A stretch of DNA of 63,641 nucleotides, counting the filler, from Basidiobolus ranarum (Eukaryota), in NCBI GenBank assembly GCA_040143965.1. It is 15 parts of 15 records of this genome, joined end to end, with 100 filler letters (N's around TTAATTAATTAA, not from the genome) between each part and the next. Parts side by side here need not be neighbours in the genome. Positions count along the whole stretch, not along the records: positions 12,784 to 16,941 come from JASJQH010008967.1; positions 17,042 to 21,195 come from JASJQH010008968.1; positions 21,296 to 25,447 come from JASJQH010008969.1; positions 25,548 to 29,696 come from JASJQH010008970.1; 11 more parts are not named here. One strand, written 5' to 3'. Numbering within the stretch: position 1 is the first letter of the stretch; each line of letters begins with the position of its first letter. The position numbers and the translations under genes were made by a program. Shown here piece after piece: positions 12,784 through 26,545 of this stretch. The notes under the pieces were generated by a model. That model had not been told where the DNA came from. It ran no database searches and saw only the letters and a list, made by a program, of their open reading frames with translations.

Positions 12784-14633
12784 CTGGGCATCCTCGACAA
12801 AATCAAAACCCCACGTTCAACTATCGCACCAGTGAATCTGGTCAGCCTGATGATATCAACTCTAGAATCGATAATTCGGAGACGCTACCTAGTCATGAAA
12901 GTACAGGAACTGATCGTTGCAATTATTTTGAAGAAAACCGTATGACTGAAACATCCTCAGCTCAAATTAACCCAATCGGAAGTCATAATATTGTACACTC
13001 ATCTGATACGGCAAATAACTCATCTTTCTATCCACACGACCTTGCCGATACCCAGAGAGTTCCTAAGAGTGTTCATAATGGTGAAGACCGTGAAATGGCA
13101 CCTGAAGAAGCCAGAAACAATTTAAAAACCACTTTGAAAGATGGTATGGCCCCTATTTACTTCAATACCAAAGAAACCACTCGTCCTTATGTCCATAAGG
13201 CAGAGCAGGGTGAGATTACAGTGCTTGATGCTGCTGTTGGGGTGGCAAAAGAGATTCATTCCGGGTTACAGCAGAAGGTAACGGACCTACACCTGACATC
13301 TGATCAACGCACGCACCTCTTGCAACGAGTTAAGGCTGTATTCAAAGAAGTCCAAGGAAACCCAGATTTCCGAGTGGCCATTGACGAGCTCATCTCAATA
13401 CTCTCCACTTTGAAGGATCATGGACGTAAGGTTACCAGTACACTACTCTCTGATACAGCTATAACTAATAAGGAAGCAGGTGGTGATGATGTTGCTATCT
13501 CCCGAAAGAATGCCAAGGAGCTAATTGAGAACTTTGCCGGGAAAAAATCACTTGATCCAATATTAAATTCACTGAAAGAACTCTCAAACAAAGTAGATGA
13601 AGATCCGGACCTCCGTGAGTACTTTGAAGATATAAAGACATTTTTAAAGCGCTCTATCCGGGAGTATAAATATGTTGATCGCCCTGGATACACAGACGAT
13701 GCCAACCGTATTGTCGAACGCGGGCATTCCATTACTGAAGGCAAATATCGCGCTTTATTCCGTAAAATTCTTGATGAAGCGACTAGCTTCAATGCAGCTC
13801 TTCAAGGAGATAAGACAACCAAAAGGTTTGTACGGGACTTGGAAGCTCTAACCAAAGATCTATTCATAGATGAGACTGGAAAACCAACTTTCAAATACGA
13901 TCTCATCAAGGATTTCGCGAAATTGATCCCAATTATCGCTGAAAAGATGGATTATATACCGTTACCGAGAGTAGAGCAGTCAGATGCTAAAATGGATGTG
14001 GTACTAGACAATGTGGTGATTCAGTGTAGTAATATCTTGCCAAAACTCGTTCATATTAATACTGATACAGTGGTCGATACTGATAAAGACGCCGAACAAA
14101 ATATCCATAACAAGTTGTATCTAAAACTCAGTCATGTTCAAGTAAAGGTCAAGGATGCAGCATTTTATTACCGAAAGAAGACATTCCCCAAGATGACGGA
14201 TGTTGGCTACATGGACATTGATATGCCTGAAGATGGAATCGAACTTGACATATTACTGAACACTAATCTACCGAAAGGAAAGAAGGCCCACTTGTTTGAG
14301 GTGCTGGAATGTAACACGCGTGTGAACGATCTTAAACTTAAGATTCATGGTACTAAGCATAGTACCACCTACAAACTGCTTGGGCCATTCATCAACTCCA
14401 AGGTGAAGAAAATTATTCAGCAGATGGTTCCAGAGAAGTTAACTGAAATGCTAGTCGATATCGATAATAAAATCGCGCTTGCTACGGAGCAAACTTTGGC
14501 TAGTATGGAAAAAAAACGAGCTGAATCTAATATTCACACGTCAAACAAACAGGCTAATCCCGAATGGAGCTCTGAAGCTTATAATCCCCTCCAGCTGTCT
14601 CACCATGGGCCTGAACATGGGGCCAAAGTTTAG
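12784..14633 (+). CDS. HAM1-like / DUF4449-family protein, 5'-partial
   Basis: 563-aa ORF whose frame stays open to the contig edge. Motifs YIPLPRVEQSD..DVVLDNVVI and VKDAAFYYRKKTFPKMTDVG resemble fungal DUF4449 proteins. Confidence 0.7.
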
Positions 14634-16421
14634 CCTGAATATCTTCAAATACCTGATTTTGTCAGAAAGCATGAATATCCTCGGAACCCAAATTCAGTTG
14701 TGGCTGGAACTCTTATTTTTTCCTCTTTTTCGCGCATCTATAGCTTTTTCAATTTTCAATATTTTAGTAGCCTTTACTCGTGAATTTTATATATATATTT
14801 GTAACTTAAATTTGCAGCGGCATGCATATGTCTACTAGTAAGAATAAATATTTGTTGCCTATAATCTAGAACCCAGAAATTTTCTCACTTTACTTCACTA
14901 CCTCTTGACTAGCTATTTGTGGATCACTGCTATGTATTGTCGAGCCACAGACGGATCAGCAATGTGTCATTTATTAGTCCAGTTTATGGCACACAGTTAA
15001 TTACTATTACAATCTATTGGTCGGTAGGGATCTGAACTCACTTCTCTAGATATTCTTGGCCTCGTTTATATTCCGTGTTGCAAAATCAATTCTAACCCTG
15101 GTTGGTGAATGTGTCATGTTATAAAGTAGTCCTTGAGTTTAGAATATTTTTCGGTATAGAAGCACTTCGTTCTGCATTTATATCAGACCTGACTCTTCAT
15201 TTTAAGCAACATGGAATCAGTACCGGCTTCAAACATTTAACTCCGTGGTTTGTGAGCGGTATGTTGGCATTGAATCTATATTTGAATACGATAGTGTTTG
15301 ATGCATAATTTGGATAAGTAGAGAAAAAAGTTCTCTAAATATGCGATTTCTAAAATGTTGACTTTGCTACGATTGCAAAAGCCCAAGCTTAACTCCACAT
15401 GGCCATTGTCATTAACCTTATGTGAGTCACCCTGTAAGCCATTGTGTCTATGGCTACCACAGTGTTATCGTTTATGAATGATACATCAGAGAATCTGGTG
15501 ACCTTCTTTGACGACAGTTCCAAACAATTTAAGGACTGCTGAATCAATAAAAACCCACGCCCTCTTGCATTGAAGATCACAACATTGAAATCCAATTTTA
15601 CCATATATTAACTCCAGTTGTGAGCTCTCAAATATCCAATCAGATTAACTTCACTGGCTGAGGAAAAATAGCTCGAACCTGCCTTATGAGAGCGAGTGTC
15701 TTCCTACCGTTCAAACATATAGACAACACGTGCTAGGCTAATCAATGTGTACAGTGGACAGCACCACATAAAAACATATTTTACCTTACATTCATCTCGT
15801 CTCCACGTGAGAAGAGTGTTGATGACATCGCTGTTTTTCAAGAGAGATTGTAAGGGCGATTTAGAAGCAAGGCAACGAACATGAAACTGAAAATCAACGA
15901 TTTCTATTGAGCGTGTTAAATTGTATAGTTATAGTTATTTATGTGGTAGATCGTCTCTCAAACATTACAACACAACGCGTTCTTACCACATCAGGGAATG
16001 GCACTTCTTAGGCTAGCATAGTTCGATCGCTTCGCGTATTGATGATTTCGGAAGAATCAACTGAACAAAACCACCAATCGTCGAGGTGTTCAGAAGGACT
16101 GGAAAAGTTTAGAGTTGTTTTATTGCACACTCAAGTAGATGAGGCAAGTGCTTCTCAACTGCATATCATTACGTAATAAGGAAGAAAATCCCGTCAAAAC
16201 TGACAGAAACCACTCCATCTCAATACTTCAAGGCATCTGGCAGATAGGTATATATAGCAGCAAACAGATCTGTGATATACGTACTCTTCAGTCAATATAG
16301 GCTCATCAGTTCGTTTTCCTTTAACCCCGATCTAATCTACACTATACTTAACACTTAACTACCTTAAACTGAACTATAACCAGATACTCACACTAGCAAC
16401 TAGTAACTAAAACTCAATAAA

Positions 16422-16941
16422 ATGGAAAACGAACGACCAGATTCAAGAGAAAAAGGTATGAGCCCATACTTCCTTTTCTGCGCTTTCAGTGCAGTTTTGG
16501 CTGGGTTTAATGCAGGCTACAATGGTGGTGTCTCAAATACTTCTGAAAACATTATTCTACGCTGCCCACCTGCTACCGAAATAGGCGATTTCCCAGACTG
16601 TTTACCAATGTCTTCACTCGTATGGTAACGTTATAATTACTTAGGTCTCATATATTAACATACAACTATATGAGAGTTGTTATTCGATACTGTATATATT
16701 AAAGCGCTTTTTTAAAGGGGTTTTGCCGTCGGTGTGTTTGCATTGGGTGGATTGACTGGAAGTACAATTGCGGGTACAGCTACAAGTAGATTTGGACGCA
16801 AAACTACTCTTTTCTGGAATAACTTAACCTTTATTGCGGGTGGCTTATTGATCGCACTATCTGTGAATATACCACTCTTCATCGCAGGCCGTTTTCTGGT
16901 TGGAGTTGGAAGTGGCGTGGCTGGAGTAGCTGTGGCCACCT
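16422..16941 (+). CDS. MFS sugar porter (GLUT-like), 3'-partial
   Basis: Exon 16422-16624, intron 16625-16717, exon 16718 to the contig end. Motifs GFNAGYNGGV, W-GFAVGVFALGG, RFGRK, GRFLVGVGSG. Confidence 0.9.
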
Positions 16942-17041
16942 NNNNNNNNNNNNNNNNNNNNNNNNNNNNNNNNNNNNNNNNNNNNTTAATTAATTAANNN
17001 NNNNNNNNNNNNNNNNNNNNNNNNNNNNNNNNNNNNNNNNN

Positions 17042-17148
17042 GTGCCGCCGGTGTTGCCAAGAGTCTCGCTAAGCGTTATGTTCGCTCCAAGGGTCGTAAA
17101 TTTGAGCGTGCTAGAGGTCGTCGTGCCAGTCGTGGTTACAAGAACTAA
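17042..17148 (+). CDS. RPL18: 60S ribosomal protein eL18, C-terminal fragment
   Basis: [23 protein letters not shown] is the conserved eL18 C terminus. Confidence 0.93.
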
Positions 17149-17640
17149 AGCGCTACTACATCTGGATTTATGGATTAGGTGTTCTTTATCATGCCATCTT
17201 CTCTTTCGTAGTTCAAATAAACAGTTAAAATTAATCATACAATTCTACCATATTCCCTCGTTTGTTCCAACTTGTTATAGATCGATTTATGAAATTGTGA
17301 TGACTTTGCGTAGGGTGATTGTATTCATTGAATATGGCTTCTAACATCGATTCAACCCTAACCCTCAGATTGCATATATATCGCTTGCATATGATATGAT
17401 ACAGTTATACGATGTTATATTTGATCTCGACTGCGGCATATTCCAATATTTTGGTAAGGTGATTTGATAAACAACTATCAAAATCATAACAAAAAAATTA
17501 CTAGGTCAGTATTGATAAACAAATCTTTCGATACCTTGATGGTTTATCATCATTTCTTTCTCACTAATTTATTATAAAGACAATTTTTGGAGCTTCCGTT
17601 TTTGCTTATTTTTCTTGCACCAACAAACATCTTTATAATT

Positions 17641-20600
17641 ATGGCTGCTTCAACAAAAGACAGGCCTACTTTGGAGCTTGGTAATTGTTTATTGTTTACT
17701 TGTTTTGAAGGATTGCTCTCTTACTGTAGTGTTTCTTCTCAATAGACAACAAGTCTGAGACTGGCTTTTGCCAATTTTATCGTAGCCTTGGCGATGCTAA
17801 TCCGGGGGTAATCCGAGTTTTCGAGCGTAATGGCGGTGATTTTTACAGTATCCACGGCGAAGATGCGCTATACGTTGCTCGCGAGATTTATAAGACCTCC
17901 TCCGTCATCAAGTATCTCGGTGCTGGTGAAGGACTCCCAAGTTGTACATTATCCAAGCTCAATACAGAGACTTTTTTGAGAGATGGCTTAATGACCAAAC
18001 AATTGCGATTTGAGATTTGGATCCCTGACAAAAAATCCACTTTTGGTTGGAAGTTAGGGAAAAAGGTAAGATGGAATTATACCACCGGTATCTATGTTAG
18101 GTAAACTACTGATAAAAATATCTAAAAATAGGCTTCTCCTGGAAACTTGCAAGACGTCGAAGATTTACTATTTGTAAATAATGAAATATCTACTTCACCA
18201 GTTGTACTTTCGGCTAAAGTAACTCAAAAGGACGGTCAAAAAGTAACACCAATTCTTCATCTATGCTTTTTATAAAATTTTACTCATAATAACAACACTT
18301 GCTAGTTGGTTGGTGTCGCCTTTGCTGACACTACGGTACGTGAGCTTGGTGTCTGCGAATTTGTTGACAACGAACTGTTTTCAAATTTTGAGGTATGTGA
18401 TATCTAGCATGGTCACACCGATGCGAGGATACTAAACAGAATATATTCTCCGTTAAGTCTTTGGTCATTCAACTGGGTGTTAAAGAATGCTTAGTGCCCG
18501 AAAGTGATAAATCCAACAGCTACGAGATCGGCAAGCTTACCTCAGTCTTAAACAGATGCAGCGTTGTGATCACCGAATGTAAAAAAGGTTGATATTTCCA
18601 TTTAAAATCAATACTCCGAGGCACACCACTCACAATTCATCAGCATATTATCAGATAAAAGACGTAGAGCAAGACTTGAATCGACTATTGGATGAAGAGG
18701 TCCCAGTTACTTCGATGCGTCAGTTGTTTTGAGTATACTTCAATTTTAAAATATGGTTATCTGATGCTTTATATATAGCCGAGTTTGAACTCAAGCATGC
18801 TATGGGTTCAGCCGCGTGTATAATCAAATATTTATCGGTGTGTACTGTCATAAGAGTTATTCATTCTTTACTTTGCGACATTCATTAATACTCCTGATCT
18901 GCACTAGTTATTGAATGACGATACAAATTTTGGTAACTACACCTTGCGCCAACATGATCTCTCCCAGTATATGAAGCTAGATGCTTCAGCTTTGAGGGCA
19001 TTGAATTTGATGCCAGGGATACAGGATGGTATATATTTTCTATTCAACTTCGATGTGTTCTTACACAACCTGACTCTAATCACATCTATTTCCAGGATAC
19101 AACAAAACAATGAGTGTCTTCGGAGTTCTTAACAAATGCAAAACTGCCCAAGGAACTCGGTTACTCGCCCAATGGCTTAAACAACCACTGCTAGACATCA
19201 AGGAGATAGGTACGAATTTCTATTTCTAATCACATTATATCCCGATAACATCAACTAAACTGAAAACAAATGAATCACAGAACAACGCCAGTTGTTAGTT
19301 GAAGTTTTCACAGAAAGTAATGAGCTTCGACAATCACTTCAGGTAAGCCTATTTCTTTAACTCTCTGCCTCTCCCCTCCTGGGATTAACATGGCCAACAT
19401 ATCATAGGAAGAGCATCTCTGTAAAGTCCCAGATTTGCATCGTTTAGCGAAGAGATTTCAACGAGGAAGCGCTCATCTTCAGGATGTTGTTCGTATTTAT
19501 CAAGTATTGATTCGACTTCCAGGATTGCTTGCCTTGTTGGAAAATACCGAATTTCCTGAGGTGGAACACAAAGAGCTTGTGGATAAGATATACACCACAA
19601 AACTAAAGGTACATAGGCATATTCATAACTGACATCTGAACGAGTATTCAATTCTTTGTTTTTTAGGGTTATGCCGAAGATTTGACGAAGCTTCAAGAAA
19701 TGATCGAGACTACCATTGATCTTGATCGTGTTGATTATCATGAGTATGTTATCAAACCAGACTTCGATGATACTCTCAAAGGTATTTATAATAGCAGATT
19801 TCAATCAGATATATGAATGGATGTTTAACCTACCTTCTACTGACAGATTTACGTGAAAAGCTGGACAAAATCATGGCTGGAATACCACTGGAGCATGAAC
19901 GGGTATTTATTGATTCTGTCAATGCTATATGTTCTGGTTCTGACTATATATGTGTAATAGATTAGTGCAAACCTTGGATTAGAAATAGAAAAGAAGCTTA
20001 AACTGGAAAAAAGTACCATGTACGGATACTGCTTCCGAGTTACACGCACTGTAAGGGCACTAAAGTACAAACTATTTTTGCTTGGTCCCCTCAAGTTAAT
20101 TCTTGATTTGATTATTAGGAAGCCTCGGTTTTGAGAAACAAGTCTTCTCAGTGTATCGAACTCTCCACACAACGCAGTGGAGTTCTGTTTACTACTCCTA
20201 AAATGCGAGAGATGAGTGACAAAATACGAGATCTCTCAGAAGAGTATGATCGGACACAGTCAGCATTAGTGAAAGAAGTTATTGGGATTGTTGGTAGGTC
20301 ATATTTCTGCTCTACGATGACATTATTCTTGATATTAACTTTCGACATGACTGGCCATCAAAGCATCATATTTCCCTATTCTTGAAGTTCTAAATGGGAT
20401 GCTTGCGCATTTGGATGTCCTCGTTAGGTACATATACTCTCACTCTAATCCAGTCCTGTGACTATTCTCTTAACCATTGATTTGCCTAGTTTTGCCCATG
20501 TCTCTGCCCACGCACCTATCCCTTACGTCAAGCCGAAACTATTCCCTAAAGGTTTGTAACTCTTCTTTCTCTACTTTGGAAGCTCGTGGAAGTCTAACTT

Positions 20601-21164
20601 TTGAGCACAAGGTCAAGGAAACCTTACTCTAAGGAACTCTCGTCATCCTTGTCTCGAAATGCAAGATGATGTTTCATTCATTCCCAATGATGTAGAGATT
20701 GTTCGTAAAGATAGTGAGTTCCAAATCATCACTGGACCTAATATGGGTGGAAAATCCACCTACATCAGACAGGTTTGTATGTCCCTTTTGCTCGCCTTCC
20801 AGTGATGCCCTCTCATCATGACTCTATATCTTTAGATCGGTGTTGTGGTTTTAATGGCCCAAATTGGTTGCTTTGTACCTTGCGATGAAGCTGAGGTCCC
20901 TATCTTTGATTGTATATTGGCCCGTGTTGGTGCAGGTGACAGTCAACTTAAAGTAAGTTTCTTGAGAAAATGACAACATATTCAACTCAGTCATAACACA
21001 TCTATTCCGAAAATCTTAGGGAGTTTCGACTTTTATGGCTGAAATGCTTGAACCAGCATCGAGTCTCAAATCAGCCTCTCGAGATTCACTGATTATTGTG
21101 CATGTACTTGGACGTGGTACCAGTACTTCTGATGGCTTTGGTCTTGCTGGGGCAATTTCGGAGG
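17641..21164 (+). CDS. MSH2: DNA mismatch repair protein MSH2, about 19 introns, 3'-truncated
   Basis: Exonic motifs [89 protein letters not shown]. Confidence 0.95.
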
Positions 21165-21295
21165 AAGCATATAAAACTAGTCAACTGGTTCATTTNNNNN
21201 NNNNNNNNNNNNNNNNNNNNNNNNNNNNNNNNNNNNNNNTTAATTAATTAANNNNNNNNNNNNNNNNNNNNNNNNNNNNNNNNNNNNNNNNNNNN

Positions 21296-24200
21296 TGCTT
21301 CTATCAGATACACCAACCAATTGACTGTGCTACCCCAATGTGTATCAGCTGATTGCAGTGCCACACCTTTATCAAGTACTAGAATCTTACTACTAAATAA
21401 TCATATACATATCACAAGAGCTATCCAGGATTCAAGTTTAGAAAAGGCACAATATCTTCACAGGAGAGATATGAAAATAAGCAAGAAACTCTCTTAGTAT
21501 AGCATTTAGTTTTACTAGTTTCACAGAAGTTATCAAGCATAAAATACACTTATTTGGAATGGCTAAAACTACAACCAAAAAATGCTAAGAGTTTCAACAT
21601 ATAAATAAGGGTATCATATAATGTCAGGCTAATACCAGAATAAGCCTAAGCCATAAATACAGTTACCATGACATGAGAAAAATGGGAGGGCCAACTCATT
21701 ACTTCAAAAGTAATGAGAATTTGCCATACATTGAATGCTAATATAGAAGAAAGATGTAAAAATTTAGATGCAGGGTTTCTGAAATATAAGACTGATGATT
21801 GAATTAATGCTATATATGATTAAGAAGAGGTATGGTTTTGAGAAGTTCAAGTAATTGAAATCTGTATTTGTTATAAACATACAATACTCAAAATACCAAA
21901 AAGTGGCTAGGAGTAGAGTCTCAAGACACAGGAGATATGGAATTTACTACATGTTAAGTTTGTATAACTCTTTGAGAGCTAATATTTAACAATAGGTATC
22001 AGGCTAGGGCCTACCAACAAAAACTGCAGTGGTAAGATATGAGATATATAAAATAAACAAGGTTTGAATTTTTAGAATATGATGTGAAGTTCTAATTGTA
22101 ATGAGCAATTATTTATAGTTCATAGACTGCTCTCATTTTATCAAGGTACAATGAAGAAAAAAGAAAGGTAAGGTAAAACTAATGGTTAGCAACTATGAAA
22201 TTGAGAGCTGCACAGGTAGTATGAGTTGATGATATGAGCATAGTCTGTATAGTGCCCTGACTTATATTAACAGGAAAGGAACATTGCACAATGAATGAAA
22301 AGTAAAAGAAGAATCAGAAGCAAGGTACAAGTAGCATTGCTTTCAATGCTAGCTCACAAGTGATAGAGTTAGAAGTGATTAGAGACAGGGGTGATATGCC
22401 ACTTTTAGAAATATTTCTTTGCAATGCAGGATACCAGCCTTTGCAGCTGCTTGATTGCAGGACATTAACTCTAATTTGGTGTGTTTTGCTTTGCCATAAT
22501 AGATATGTGTTATACAAGCTCACAATATCTGGAGGTAAGATAGTGTCTTCTATACTTTTGTCCTTCTAACAGCTCTTGAGTAGAATTTGTCATCAAGTGT
22601 TGCTTGCATGATATGACATTTGCTCATTTAAGCTAAAGAATACTATACATGTTGTTATTTCACTTTAAATACTGTATCACCCTAACAGAGGCCATTGAGC
22701 TGGTTATGTCATCAAAATACTCATCTTCCAGTTAATACAACTTGGGAAAGAACTGGTTTAACTTTGGTAATTATCAAATAGTTATATGTGGTAATTGATT
22801 TCAGTTTTTGCATGCTACTACTATTTTGATTTTGTTATATCTATGTTGACTTGATTAAATGATAGCTCATTGCTAGCAATGAATTTAGCATTCTGCAGAC
22901 CAATGTCATGCTGACACTATAGAATGAGTTACTGCAAGAGCAATGCCTGAGTCTATAGTATTTGTAATCTATAAATTCCTCAGCACTGCCCCTAGTAGGC
23001 AGCCTCTCTGATGATCCAAAATTGAAGTTATCAATTAGTGCTAATTCGTGCTTGGTATTTTCATAAAATTTGAATTGATCTGATTATCAGGATCCTTTGA
23101 TACCTGCATTAACAGATGTACTAATTTGCCTAGAGAGTGATTATCAACCTGTGTTAGGATAAAAAATGGTGATAAATTGATTTGATATAAAGTTACTTGC
23201 TCAGTGATTGTTCAATTGGGCTATGCCTTGCTTGATGATAGTTGTGAATTTTGAAAGAAACATTGCATAACTAATTTATATGGTTATTAATCTTGTAACT
23301 TCCTAGTCAAGTTAAAGAGTTATCAAAAATTAGTCATATTCCTTACTAGCTCTCTCTATTGCTGATGTACTTACTCCTTTGATATAACCATTATTGCACT
23401 ACCTATCCAAGAATGTTGAATTTATTCTCTTTGTGCTCCATGTTGATTTTCTAAAATGTCAGGACTTTGTTTGAAGATTTTTGCAAACCTTTGATTCACA
23501 AACTGGGTACACCAAATTACTAAGGAAACAGGGCACAAGTAACAATTTGCTAGATCCTAATGATTAACTAACAACACCAGTCCTACAGTAGCAGAGTAGG
23601 GTTTTACATAAAGAAAAATTAATAAGTGAAATTAAGTCTAGGCAGTATTAGTGTGTTTGTTATGCTTGGAAAACATGCTCCCATTCAGATTGTGCAGATA
23701 CAGCTGAAAATATGGCAGGTGGCAGGTACTTGCTTAGAAGTATTTATATAGTTAAGGTATGGCCTTTTGATAGGGCATCTCAAGTTGTATAAAGTTGTGC
23801 TGCAATTCCTGATATTTTATATCAATCTTCACTAAGCAATATCAGATATCTTTGTAATATATTCCCTTTAACATGCCCCATCTTGCATTTTTCCTGCCAC
23901 CATACCTTTTGCAATCTGTCAGTACTCTGTAGCACTGCACAAACTATCATTTTGATGTGCTGCACATAGTATGTTCTTAAGCCCGTAACTACAGGCATTT
24001 GCAATTGGCATTTCCTACTGCTTAGACATCTTCAGTGTGGCATATTGAATGCTTTCTATCTTCAAACCTTTTGGGATTTGCCAGTAGTGTTTGAAGCAGC
24101 ATAGACTTAGCTTTTAGTGCTATGCATACCTGTTGTTTTGCCTTCTGATGTTTTCTTGGCATCATTTACTTTTTATTGTTTCCCACACCACCTGCCTCTT

Positions 24201-25447
24201 TGAAAAATACACTTCATCATTTGCTAGTAGCTTCTTTCACTGCCCACATTCTGCTTAATAGTATGTTTTAAAGTGCAAGTTTCTTGGTACATACTATTTG
24301 CAGGTACCATACCATGTCTAATTTTTTAAAAGGCTTAGGAACATGAAAACTGAGCAATTCATTTTCTGAGGACTAATCTATTTATCTCTAGGCAATATTC
24401 TTGAGCACTTAATAGACTCTTTTAGAATATGTGCTAAATCTGCTGTTCATTCATAAGTGTGTCCTACTTGCATCACAACTCTCACCATCAACAAATCCAA
24501 TTTTCTGAATATCAAATCTTCCACAATGAGCACTTCTCTTAATGGTGTTAATAATGGTTATCTCTTGGTTCAAAACTTCTGTTGCATATTCCCCATTCTT
24601 GGGACTCTGTTAATTGTTACATGAGTGATGCCAATGCCCATTGCTAGTATCATCATCTCCTCATCAGTTGTTATTAGATTTTAGGTTATTATATGTTAGC
24701 ACTCCATAGCACTTTAAAGAAATGCTCAACCTATTACAATTGGCTGCTCTTTCTTGTTACCTTATCTGCTCTTTAGAGACACTGCTTAAACAGTTTTCAA
24801 CAATCATTGGTTTTTGTTCCCATACTGTTAAGTGCTTATTGATGCTTTTTGTACTCATAGTTCTGTTCTTCAGGCTGTTACAATCTATGTGATTTCTTGA
24901 CATTATGCCCTTGGTTAATTGTGCTTCTTCTTTAGCACATTGTCTATGCTAATCTGAGTTTTCTTGATACCCCTATTTCATAGTACTGTGTTTTCATCAT
25001 TTAGTAGAAATCTTGAGCATCCTGCATATTCTTGTTGAAGTGTTTGCTATACAAGTTGTGTCTTGACATCAAATATGTGCTCTATTTTACGCAGTCTTTA
25101 GGTTGCTCAAGTGTTTATAGTAAGTTGTTCCCTGTCTGTGCAATTCTTAGCAATTGTAGTTGTTGATTAGTCTTTCTTATTTGTTGACTTTGCACTATGT
25201 ATCACTCATATTGATTGCTCCTTGGCACTATATCCCTCTTTTTTCACCAGTGGTCTTTTACACTTAGAGACTTTGCATTAAGTGATTGCTACACTAGAGG
25301 CTTCTTAGCATCACCTACTTTGGCTTTGGATGGTAGTTTTTAGGTCATACTTAACTCTGTTCTTAAGTACTTTTGAAGTGCTCCTGCAACTATCTTCTAT
25401 CTTATATTCTAACTTCAGGTCTATTATCTATCAAAAAGGTTGGCCAT
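21296..25447. mobile_element. Highly decayed, CpG-depleted transposon-derived sequence (possibly gypsy pol relic on the minus strand)
   Basis: Almost no CpG and no ORF above about 70 aa. Faint RNase H-like read ANACSYGLKNIL on the minus strand near 23970-24000. Confidence 0.4.
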
Positions 25448-25547
25448 NNNNNNNNNNNNNNNNNNNNNNNNNNNNNNNNNNNNNNNNNNNNTTAATTAAT
25501 TAANNNNNNNNNNNNNNNNNNNNNNNNNNNNNNNNNNNNNNNNNNNN

Positions 25548-25875
25548 ATATTTCTACCAACTTAGTCATGGTCAGATATATAGATACTTCAAACTTCTGC
25601 TAGAAGCCCCAAACTTTGCACACATGTTCCTGGGACCTTCCTTAACACATTCTACACATTAGTTTGTTTACATCTTGGCAAAACTATAAATGTCAACTTT
25701 CTACTCAATAAATAAATGAGTGGAAACCACCAATTCCTCTAATTCTCCAAACCACTTCCATCAGGCTCCCAAATACTTTAACAGTATAATGGGTAATATC
25801 TTAGTGAAATATAAGATAACTAAGCACAAAGCTATATAAGACTACATAAGTGTTTAGGCAATGCTAATTTCAACA
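25548..25875. mobile_element. Two copia LTR family A fragments in opposite orientation
   Basis: 25548-25783 is the LTR-A 3' part ending TACTTTAACA. 25784-25875 is the reverse complement of the LTR-A 5' end (TGTTGAAATTAGCATTGCCTAAACAC). Confidence 0.8.
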
Positions 25876-26545
25876 GAAGGTATGTCACTTCGTCAGTGAG
25901 AATAAGCGGCAGTGTTGAAGTTTATGTTCTTCTGATATTACATTGGATATTCAGATTGTATGTATATCAAATGAATTTGTCTCCCTAATCTGAGGTTAAA
26001 TGATATCTTGTGACCATATTTGTGCTGATCATCAGCATCTTGATGTTCCCCAATTTGGTAGATTTGGCCCCGTGCCTGGTAGACATTGAGATCTCTTTTG
26101 ATTCGCTCCTGGACAGCTGTTGTCTCCAGATTAGTTTGAACCATTCCAGGAACGCGTATGCTAACTGCATCTTGGTTGGCTCAGTTCAACCTCCGAATTC
26201 ACATTTCAGCAGACTAAAATACCACGCCCATTTGAGAGCTTTTATCTAAAGTTGTAGGTTTCCCACTGCTGGGCAAGTGCCGTATGTTACTTTGAACCGA
26301 ATAGGCCGCTTGACTAATGACAATCCTAAGAGATTTCATTTCCATCTATTCTAAGTTCAGTTGGTAGGATTGCAAGTGGCTATTTAGGGAGTCAGCTAAA
26401 AACAAAGGTGCCCAGTTTCTATTAATGTATGTTGGAGCCTTTGATGTGATGTAACGGCCACTTTCCTATTACCATTTGGCCAGTATATAAGCTGGTGATG
26501 TAGGTTTGTCGATTCTCAATTCTAACTCCAATACAATCCAGTACA

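Noticed and set aside
15660-15720. Minus-strand CTCATAA and GGTTCGA words resembling tRNA-Met
   Set aside because: No cloverleaf or acceptor stem can be formed; at most a decayed fragment.
21035-21195. MSH2 Walker B reads IIVHVLGRG instead of IIDELGRG, with other substitutions, suggesting a dead mismatch-repair ATPase
   Set aside because: The changes cluster in the last 150 bp of the contig. Similar oddities occur at the GAPDH and RPL18 contig ends, so low-quality terminal sequence is the likely cause.
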